Part shown: piece after piece, positions 8,290 through 16,436 of the stretch
How the letters are laid out: every line of letters starts with the position of its first letter
Numbering within the stretch: position 1 is the first letter of the stretch
Source of the DNA: a bacterium
GTDB lineage: Bacteria; Zhuqueibacterota; Zhuqueibacteria; Zhuqueibacterales; Geothermadaptataceae
Direction of reading: 5' to 3'
Length of the DNA: 32,000 bases
NCBI GenBank assembly: GCA_024275575.1
Contig: JAJRYV010000045.1
Coordinates: 23,220 to 55,219, forward strand
Translations under genes and position numbers: made by a program
Notes under the pieces: model-generated
Told to the model about the DNA's origin: nothing
Database searches by the model: none
The model's input: the letters and a program-made list of their open reading frames with translations, nothing else

Positions 8290-9824
8290 GATGCAATCTC
8301 CTCTTTCTGATGCAGCATTTTATGCTGAATGGGAAGTATGAGAGTAAAAATCGTACCTTCCCTGACCTTGCTGGTAAAAGATATGCGGCCGCCATGCTCC
8401 TGCACGATCTGCATGGCAATGGCGAGCCCTAATCCGGTGCCCATATCTTTGGTTGTAAAAAAGGGTTCGAATATTTTATTCTGTTGATCGAAAGGAATGC
8501 CCTCGCCGTTGTCGGCAACGGAAATTTCGACATTCGCCCCTGCTGAAACCGCATGCAAACGCAGCACACCGCCATTTTTCATAGCGTCAAAAGCATTGCG
8601 CATCAAATTGAGAATCACCCGGCGGATTTGCTGCACATCGGCTGCGACTTTCGGCAATTCAGGTTCGATTTCACGAATGATTTCAATACCCTGGGAATTC
8701 GCCTCGGGCTCCACAAATTCGATCGTCGTCTGCAATAAATCTTCGAGACTGATCAGGTGAAAATCCGCTTCCGGCAGACGCGAGAACTGTAGATAATCTT
8801 CCGTCAGATCGGTGACCCGTTCAACCTCGTCCATGATCGCCTTGAGCAGGGTTTCACCCTCGCTGGAAATGCCCTCGGCAGCATATTTTAACTCATCTCC
8901 CAACAATTCGGCATTCAGGCTAATCGATGAAAGTGGATTGCGCACCTCGTGTGCAACTTTGGCCGCCATCTGTCCGATTATTGCCAGTCGTTCACTCTGA
9001 ATGATGCGCCTTTCCAATTCCTGTTGTTTGCGCATATCGAATTCAACCCCCATATAACCAACGGTTTTTTCACGTTCGGTTATGGAGGTGATCGAAAGCC
9101 AGACCGGAAATTCTTCACCATTTTTGTGACGATTGATAATCTGCCCGGCCCAACTACCGGTGATTTTGATCTGCTGCCAGATTTTTTCATAAAGGGCATC
9201 GGTGGTTTTTTGTGACCGAAGGATTGAGGTGCGCTGCCCGATCACTTCATCGTACGAATAGCCGTAAATACCGAGGAAGGCGCCGTTGACCTCGATGATG
9301 CGGGCATGCAGATCAGTGATGATAATGCCATCGGTACTGCCCTGAAAAGCGTTGTAAAACAGGTTGACGCGTGACGGCGGGCGGCGGCCATCTTCCTGCG
9401 GTTCCGCATCCCCGCCTGTCGTTGATTTGGCGCACATATCGAGAATGAACATACCCAAATCGTCGAAGAGTTGATCCAGTTGCCGGTTGATCTGCTGCAG
9501 CACTTGGGGTGATTCTGCAGCTTTGCCGAGGTCATCTTTAATTTCCCTTTTGATCGCGTTGATGATCAACTGCAGTTCACGATTGATGTTCAATAAGTAA
9601 TTGTGGGTGGAAAAAAATTGCTGCAGATTAGGCTGTAAGGTTTCGGATTCCGGATCATCTTGTGCAGCGTGCAGATAAGCCCAGACCTGCTGCAGGAATT
9701 CCGGCAATGAGGCAGCAGGAAAGTTAGCGCGAATTTGCTCCGAATTATTCAAGCGGTTGATCAATCGGCGAATGACGATTTTTTGCTGTGAATGAAGGTA
9801 TGTCGAAAAATTTGGATTCATCAA
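8283..9824 (-). CDS. Cytoplasmic PAS-domain sensor histidine kinase
   Basis: PAS-like segment: STDGIIITDLHARIIEVNGAFLGIYGYSYDEVIGQ. H-box: AHEVRNPL. N/G1/G2 boxes: LMRNAFDAM, DNGEGIP, GTGLGLA. No clear TM segment. It overlaps the regulator gene by 7 nt. The first codon is TTG and an ATG follows immediately at 9821. Confidence 0.9.
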   Translation of the reverse strand: MMNPNFSTYLHSQQKIVIRRLINRLNNSEQIRANFPAASLPEFLQQVWAYLHAAQDDPESETLQPNLQQFFSTHNYLLNINRELQLIINAIKREIKDDLGKAAESPQVLQQINRQLDQLFDDLGMFILDMCAKSTTGGDAEPQEDGRRPPSRVNLFYNAFQGSTDGIIITDLHARIIEVNGAFLGIYGYSYDEVIGQRTSILRSQKTTDALYEKIWQQIKITGSWAGQIINRHKNGEEFPVWLSITSITEREKTVGYMGVEFDMRKQQELERRIIQSERLAIIGQMAAKVAHEVRNPLSSISLNAELLGDELKYAAEGISSEGETLLKAIMDEVERVTDLTEDYLQFSRLPEADFHLISLEDLLQTTIEFVEPEANSQGIEIIREIEPELPKVAADVQQIRRVILNLMRNAFDAMKNGGVLRLHAVSAGANVEISVADNGEGIPFDQQNKIFEPFFTTKDMGTGLGLAIAMQIVQEHGGRISFTSKVREGTIFTLILPIQHKMLHQKEEIASC

Positions 9825-10023
9825 TTTGTGGTTTGGCCGGATGGCGTTTTTGGTTTTCTTTTAAACGTTGCAATTAACCTGACAAAGCAATATTTCAGGT
9901 CTGCAAAACTATCCAATTAGCCACCAAAAATCAAGCTGTTTTGCCTGAATTTTTATTGCGAAAGCCACTTAACCTTTATTAGTCATAAAATTTTGTTTTT
10001 GTATTATCTAAGTATTTTCTTTG

Positions 10024-10057
10024 CGTACTTTGCAACTTTGCGTGAGAATTATTCAGG
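10024..10057. repeat. Repeat family B, right-arm-only copy (TTCTTTGCG..CTTTGC..TTTGCGTGAGA)
   Basis: ttttctttgcgtactttgcaactttgcgtgagaa, compared with the right arms at 13490-13514 and 25357-25389. Confidence 0.6.
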
Positions 10058-10255
10058 TCAAAAAAGACGTTCCTCATCATTTTTCCATTTTACATTTGCT
10101 TTTGGCAACTGAATTATCGTTCCTGTTAATACAAACGATTCATTTCTGCCTTTTTTCAATTCTCGTCAGTAAACAACTTTGATCCAACGATTCATCCAAC
10201 TTATTGAAAAACAATCATTCCGCCAACCTTCTCAGAATCAAGCCGAGGAATTGCT

Positions 10256-11467
10256 ATGAACCGATTTAAAATCGCCATCGTTTATTTACTCTCTTTTACC
10301 TCCAGCGCAATACTCGCGCAAATCCCGAAGCTGATCAGCTATCAGGGCGCGCTCAGCGATTCCACCGGCGCCGCCATTGCTGATGGTGAATATACGATCC
10401 ATTTCCGTATCTACGACGATTCGACAAACGGAATTTTGCTCTGGAAAGAACGGGCGAATATGCACTTGATACGGGGAGTTGTGATTCACAGCTTGGGATC
10501 GGTCGAGCCGTTAACTCTCGCTTTCACGAAACCGTACTGGCTGGGAATGGCGATTGATGGTGAGCCGGAATTGCGGCCACGATTGCAATTTACCGCGGCA
10601 GCTTACAGCCTCGCCAGCGCAGCCAGTGAGAGCGTAAGCGGTGAAACAAACTCTTTCCCATCGCAGGTATTTGTCGGCATCGGTCTTGAAAATGCCGCTG
10701 AAAAAGCGTTAGATGTGAACGGCACCATTCGCTCCCGCAGCGGTGGGTTCCAATTCCCCGACGGCAGCATACAAACCACTGCTGCAGGTTCTGCCGCCAC
10801 AGCGGGCCGCAATTCTCTCGATGCCAGCGATGGCGATCCGGCTCAGGCCCTCTTTCTCAACCACAAAGGTGACGTGGGCATCGGCACGACGCAGCCCCTG
10901 GCCGGATTGCATGTACAAAAAAACGAAATCATTATGAATGGCCACACGCAAATCAGCGATCTGGAAATCGCCTCACCGAAATCTTTCATACGCTGGCATT
11001 TGCGCACAGGTGATGATATAACCGGACTGGCGCCGCACCAGTTGCATTTTCAATATGATGTTTTCGGAAATTATCGCAGTAATTTCAGTCTTCTCTCCAA
11101 TGGCACCACCGTCTTTCACCATAACGTCGGCATTGGCACTGCAATCCCGCGGGAAAAGCTATCGGTCAACGGTACCATCCGCGCCAAAGAAATCATCGTA
11201 ACACAGAAAAACTGGCCGGATTTCGTTTTCCAGCCGGCCTACCAATTGATGTCCCTTGAAGCGCTCGAACAGTTTATTGCTGAAAATGGGCATTTACCGG
11301 ATATTCCTTCAGCCGGGAAAATTGCAAAAGAAGACTTGCGCCTCGGCGAAATGCAGGCCAAATTGCTGCAAAAAATCGAGGAGCTCACCTTGCACCTCAT
11401 CGAAATGCAAAAAGAAAAAAATCCTGATTCTCTCCGTGCTGCTCTTGTTGGTTTTTATTTCTATTAG
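10256..11467 (+). CDS. Secreted surface / tail-fibre-like protein of unknown function
   Basis: GAGGAA Shine-Dalgarno sequence, then signal peptide MNRFKIAIVYLLSFTSSAILAQ. N-terminal IPKLISYQGALSDSTG...YTIHFRIY and C-terminal NWPDFVF...HLPDIPSA...LGEMQAKLLQKIEELTLHLIE resemble, from memory, a module recurring at the ends of FCB-group fibre-like surface proteins. Confidence 0.6.
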   Translation: MNRFKIAIVYLLSFTSSAILAQIPKLISYQGALSDSTGAAIADGEYTIHFRIYDDSTNGILLWKERANMHLIRGVVIHSLGSVEPLTLAFTKPYWLGMAIDGEPELRPRLQFTAAAYSLASAASESVSGETNSFPSQVFVGIGLENAAEKALDVNGTIRSRSGGFQFPDGSIQTTAAGSAATAGRNSLDASDGDPAQALFLNHKGDVGIGTTQPLAGLHVQKNEIIMNGHTQISDLEIASPKSFIRWHLRTGDDITGLAPHQLHFQYDVFGNYRSNFSLLSNGTTVFHHNVGIGTAIPREKLSVNGTIRAKEIIVTQKNWPDFVFQPAYQLMSLEALEQFIAENGHLPDIPSAGKIAKEDLRLGEMQAKLLQKIEELTLHLIEMQKEKNPDSLRAALVGFYFY

Positions 11468-13363
11468 CCCGGCACAAAAAAAGACGCAGCCATATCAGCC
11501 AAAAGCATTCACAATGCCGGCGCCCGGGCAACAATCGTCGCTCAAACGCTTATTACGCTTCCCATTCGCCAAAATAAACCGCAGCGATCTCAAAACCGGC
11601 ATTTTGCACGACCGCGTGCTTTCGTTCAACTTCGTAACCTTACGCAAATTGGATGGTAGGAAAAACAGTCCGGCCATCAATTTTGGAGATTTTAAAAACC
11701 TTTACTTTGAAATGGAGAATGCCGCATTGCCGCCTTTTGCAAGTCGCCCGTTGCCGCTTTTGCTGCAGGAAATAACCGCCCATTTACAAACCCAAAAATC
11801 CATGCCGCTTCTCATCGCCGATTTCGAATATGAGACCGTGGCAGAGGATGCACTGGCCCGCGGTAACCTGCGTGAAAATCAGGCGGGCCAATTCGAAATC
11901 GAGCCGGCAGTGCCAGAATCGCCTTTCGTGCAACACCGACTTTTTATGGCAGTAACGCCGAAAACAAAAATATACCACCGGCAAGTGGAGTTTCAACTTT
12001 CGGAAGATTTTCATTACGGTAATTCAAAAAACCCTTTGCAAAATTTCGAAATCGACTTTGCCGACGGTTTGGGAGTGCGCGCATTAAAAATATCAAACAG
12101 CCTCTGATTTTTCTCGAGGGTTTTGATAGCGATTCGATCACGCCGACAACGACGAGAGGTTTTGCCGAGTTATGGGAAATTATCAATGAGCACAATCTGG
12201 CGAGGCAGCTTCTGCAGCGTGAATTTGACATTCTGGTTGTCAATTTTGCCGACGGCGCTGATTTTGTGCAAAAAAATGCTTTTGCCGTGTTGCAACTTTT
12301 GCAGGAAATCGAAAAGCAGAGCGAATATAGCGGCAACACAGTTATCGTCGGCGCCAGCATGGGTGGATTGGTAGGGCGCTACGCGCTGACCTATGCGGAA
12401 AAATATGGTTTACTGCATCATACGTTTACCTTTATATCTTTCGATACACCACACCGCGGCGCCAATATCCCGTTGGGGGTGCAGGAATGGTTGCATTATT
12501 TTGCCAGCGATAGCCGTCAGGCAAAAGACGCCAACGCACAATTGAACACGCCGGCTGCAAAACCAATGCTGGTTTTGCAGCGTGGTGACAACACAGAGCA
12601 TGTCTATTTTTATAACGAACTGGCAAAACTCGGTTTTCCGCGGCAGACGAGCAATCTCGCCATGGCCAACGGCAGTAGTGGAGGGACGGGTTACGATTTT
12701 CAGCCGGCGGAAAAGATCATCGACTAGCGCTTCCGCCATTTTTGCGTCGATATCGACGGGCATGCCTATGCGGTCAATTCCGGACGCATTTTCTATGGCT
12801 GGGTTGATAAGTTGGGTTTCGACAACCCGAAAGCGACGGAAATTTTCGGGCCAGGCGAAGTCCCTTCGTGGGACAATTCTCCCGGCGGCGGCCGCAACAC
12901 CCTGGCCGACATCGACGATTCCAAACCCCGGGCAAAATGTGGCTTCACGTCAATTAAACTCGGCGATATCAGGGCGCCGTACCGGACGCATAGCTTTGTC
13001 CCGACGATTAGCGCGCTGGATATTTCCACCGATGATCTTTTTTTCCCGGCGATGATGGACAGCACCACCCTGCCGCTCACACCATTTGAGGATATTTTTA
13101 TACCGGAGACTAATGAAGAACATGCACAGATTACAGCGAAAAATGTCGTCTGGATTTTAAAAAAACTGGACCAGATATTGATCTCCGGTAAAACTTATGC
13201 CAGTGGCACAGCAAAAACAATTTTCGCTCCGATTGCAATCGAAATACAAAATTCCACTGTGAAAAGATCAGCAAACCTGACATTGCATGCAGGTGCAGAG
13301 ATTCGCCTCTCAGGTGAATTTCAAGCCATGTCCGGCAGTGAATTTCAAGCAAAAGTTGAATAG
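11436..13363 (+). pseudogene. Secreted alpha/beta-hydrolase (lipase/esterase-like, GxSxG) with a C-terminal coathanger-like repeat, disrupted by one frameshift and one in-frame TAG
   Basis: Fragments: 11421/11436-12107 (signal peptide ILILSVLLLLVFISISPAQ), 12023-12727 (KQPLIFLEGFD...VIVGASMGGLVGRYAL...SFDTPHRGA), and 12728-13363 (RTHSFVPTISALDI...AGAEIRLSGEFQAMSGSEFQAKVE). The frame changes at the A5 run 12086-12090. The TAG at 12725-12727 is in frame with the following 212 codons. Confidence 0.65.
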
Positions 13364-13443
13364 GAATTTTGAAAGTCCTGCGAAAATGATGACCGGAAAA
13401 AATAAATCACTGGTTAATCTTTTCAAAAGACTGTAATCTCTTC

Positions 13444-13514
13444 TCACGCAAAGATGCGAAAACGCTGAGATACGCAAAGAAAGACCGGCTTTTCTTTGCA
13501 TGCTTTGCGTGAAA
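13444..13514. repeat. Repeat family B, palindromic unit
   Basis: tcaCGCAAAGatgcgaaaaCGCTGAGAtACGCAAAGAAAgaccggctTTTCTTTGCatgCTTTGCGtgaaa. The arms are imperfect reverse complements. Confidence 0.7.
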
Positions 13515-13553
13515 CAAATGATTTTAAATCGGTGATCAACTAACCTTTACTAT

Positions 13554-13634
13554 CCTCGCGGAGACGTAGTGGCGCAGAGAAAAACAGCATAAAATATTTA
13601 AAAACAAAACTCTGCGTCTCAGCGACTCGACGAG
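13554..13634. repeat. Repeat family B-related diverged palindromic unit
   Basis: ctcgcggagacgtagtggcGCAGAG - AT-rich 30 nt - CTCTGCgtctcagcgactcgacgag. It shares the tgcgtNNctcagcg(ac) block with 13464-13480 and 25324-25342, in the opposite orientation. Confidence 0.5.
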
Positions 13635-13669
13635 ATGATTTCTCACTCCGCTCTGTTTTTCTTAACAAT

Positions 13670-16192
13670 TTGCCAAATCGCGATTTGAACCCCTGGCTCT
13701 ACGGTTTTTTCCCCGATACGGTCGTTCAAAATTACCGCGGTATACCCTATTTACATGTGCGCGGCAGCCGCGCCGATGAGATCGGCTATCAATTTGAAGG
13801 CATCAATATTCGCAGTGATTATACCGGGCTTTCGGTGATACGTTTTATCCCCGAGATATTGGCTTCGGTCGCGATCAACAAAACGCTCTCAGCCTCACAG
13901 GGCACAGCGAGTGCGTTCGTTTCTCATACATTTCGAATTCCATCACATAAGCTGCTCTTCTCCATCCGTGAAACCAGCGATGCTTTTACCAGCAGTTATA
14001 AAAAACAGGCAAACACCTATTCTTACGGCTATAACAACCTGCTTTTCACCGGTAAAGATCAGTTTTAAATGACAAACTGCAATTCATCGCCGGGCTCGAG
14101 ATGGAGCATTACGACGACCGCTACCACAAATTCTGGCCGGGGCTGACCCTCGGTGGAGCGGAAAAGCTCATCGAACTCAATCCCGACAGGGAGCCGCTGC
14201 CTTTTACAGCGATTTTTGGGGGAAACCAAATTGTACTCCAACCGGGCAATATTCCCGCAGCCAACAACGACCAGTGGCTTTTCAATGGCATGCTCAAATA
14301 TCAAAGCCAACTTGCCTCGGCAAAGCTCATCTACCTCGCTGACAAACAGACATTTCAGGCAAATAATGTCCCCATTCGCAATCTTTACAACCAGGCACGC
14401 ATTCCCGAAATCAGCGAACAGACGCAGGTCATTTCCGCGCAATTCGATTCAAAGCTGCCCTTTGCAGTTGAATCTCATTTACAGTTCGATTATTTCTCGT
14501 CAAGTACAAAAAAACGCGTGATCCGCTGCTTGGCGATGAGATTTTTCAATACAATGATAGCCTGGCCTATGAGAATATCGAAATACCGTTGGACTGGAAC
14601 GACAGGGGGGCTAATTCATACATTTACGGCTTTGAATTTATGTGGGACGGTCCTTTGCTTGCAGATTATGAAAAACGCACGGAAAGCCGGCTGTCGCTTA
14701 ATTTTGATCTACAGAAAAAATGGAAAAGCCATGCATTAAAAGGCGGTTTGCAATTTGAAAACAGCAAGCACCGCTATTATTTTGTTCCGGTAAATATATT
14801 TTAATATCGCGGATTTGAAGCGGAATTAAACAGTCTGCAAGAAAATATGTTGTCTACGAGTTACATTCAAAACTATGGCTACAACCTGTATGGCAATATG
14901 ACGGCTTCAGCCAGGCGCCGCGCAAACCGCAACAGATGCGTTTTTCTCTGCAGGTCGATCAGTCCCTGTTCACTTTCGGAATTAATTATGCATCGATTCG
15001 AACCGGGGCTTATCGTCAGTTTGACCTCACCAATCCGTATTGGGATCAAGGGAGATGCCAATTTTTCGCTGCCGATAGTGCTTTTGACATCGAAAAAAGG
15101 TTTACATATTTTCTACCGCAGCTCAACTGGAAATTCACCCAATCTGAAAAGCTGGTTTATCAACTCTATTTTGGCCGGCACGTTATATTGCCGAAACTCA
15201 GAGATGTCTACATGAGGCGATTGGAACAAAACACTCTCTATTACGGCGGTTTATTTTTCCCCTTTCCAAAAGGACCAAATGCCGATCCCGTCAAAGCGAC
15301 TGATCTTTCGTTTCTGCTCGAGTATGACTATTCTGCGGCGATGAATCTTCAGTTGGCGGTTTTTCAGCGCAGCTCGAATTCTTGGTTGCAGAGCAAATAT
15401 ATTCAGACACAACCGTTATCTTCGGTAACGAATTATGCTACATTGTCAAATGAGGGAGAAAGCCGCGGGCGAGGTTTTGAGTTGAATATAAAACTCCAGA
15501 AGCAGGGTATTCGTTTTGACGGGAATTACACTTTTTCCAGCATAAAAGGAAGCACAAGTTATCCGAATTCAAATGTCTTTGATGCACAACGTGAAAACCC
15601 GCTTTTTAATCGTGACAAGCAGCATAACCTGGAATTCAATCAAAGACATCGAATTAATGCCTGGCTCACTTTACAGGCCACAAAAGACAGGGGGATGTTC
15701 ATCCACAACAGCACGCTGTCCTTGCTCTATCAGTTTAATTCCGGGCATACTTTCTGGCAATTTGACGGCTCCCTTGGTGGCATAACTTCCCCCGAATACG
15801 GCAGCATTTTATCGAATGCGTCGTCACGGGGACGAAAAAACCCTTTTGAGATTACCACACCATGGATTCATAAATTTGATTTAATGCTGCAACGCAGGTT
15901 TGCTTTTGGCCGGTTTCAACCCCGGATATTTTTGATGGGGCAAAATGTTCTCAACCGAAAAAATGTGGAGCAAGTATACTGGCGCACCAGCAATACCGCC
16001 AACGACGGGACTTTTGCTGCTTGGGAAGGTTTGGAAAATATATGGATAAACGAATATGGAACTTCACTGCCTGATTTTTATCAAAAAATCAACATCGAGC
16101 ACCGCCAGCATTATGCTCGTCTTCAGGGCGGCGATCTCTTCGGCCATCCGCGGGAAATTCGTTTTGGCATGGCGCTGGACTTTGATCGATAA
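13670..16192 (+). pseudogene. TonB-dependent-receptor-like outer-membrane barrel gene, 5'-truncated, with 3 frameshifts and 1 in-frame TAA
   Basis: Plug-like LHVRGSRADEIGYQFEGINIRSD, barrel-like ...GESRGRGFELNIKLQ...NVLNRKNVEQVY...PREIRFGMALDF. There is no signal peptide or N-terminal domain. Frame changes occur at about 14060-14068 (T4), about 14507-14513 (A7) and about 14893-14900. An in-frame TAA lies at 14802-14804. Confidence 0.6.
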
Positions 16193-16436
16193 AGCTGTAA
16201 TGATTCCACCACTTGACGATCGATAAATTTCCGGGTCTGCTTTATTGATAAATTTTTCCCGGGAACCACAGAGATGAGCAAATTCAGCACATTTTTTTCA
16301 TGATGGGAAAAGTTTATATTCATTTTAAAAAATTTAGCGGGCTCAATTTAAGCCACTGATTCACCCAGATTGTACACAGATATAAAATCAGTGTTTAATC
16401 CATGCATATCAGTAGCTTAAATAATTTCCAATGGAA

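Noticed and set aside
9868-9884. Sigma54-like -24/-12 element on the minus strand upstream of the kinase gene (TGTCAGGTTAATTGCAA).
   Set aside because: Spacing and the -12 TTGCA fit, but the near-invariant -24 GG is GT. Not supportable without data.
11256-11404. The upstream part of tracked ORF 11256-12107 (MKRSNSLLLKMGIYRIF...).
   Set aside because: It overlaps the well-conserved C-terminus of the 10256-11467 gene in another frame, and its translation is Lys/Cys/Ser-rich junk. The real coding signal starts only at the signal peptide near 11421-11436.
13444-13634. Clustered short repeats considered as a possible CRISPR array.
   Set aside because: Only two units are present. They are palindromic with AT-rich centres and differ from each other. 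There is no regular repeat-spacer periodicity and no cas genes.
14153-14521. 122-aa alternative-frame ORF inside the TBDR-like region.
   Set aside because: The overlapping frame (14069 to about 14510) gives the receptor-like sequence. This one is Ser/Arg-rich with no similarity pattern.
3160-16192. Possibility that the in-frame TAA/TAG codons reflect stop-codon reassignment or programmed readthrough.
   Set aside because: TAA, TAG and TGA all terminate well-delimited conserved genes in this window: glnS with TGA, the kinase and regulator with TGA, the Pat-like and 950-aa genes with TAA, and the surface protein with TAG. The interrupted genes also carry frameshifts. Decay or error is more parsimonious.
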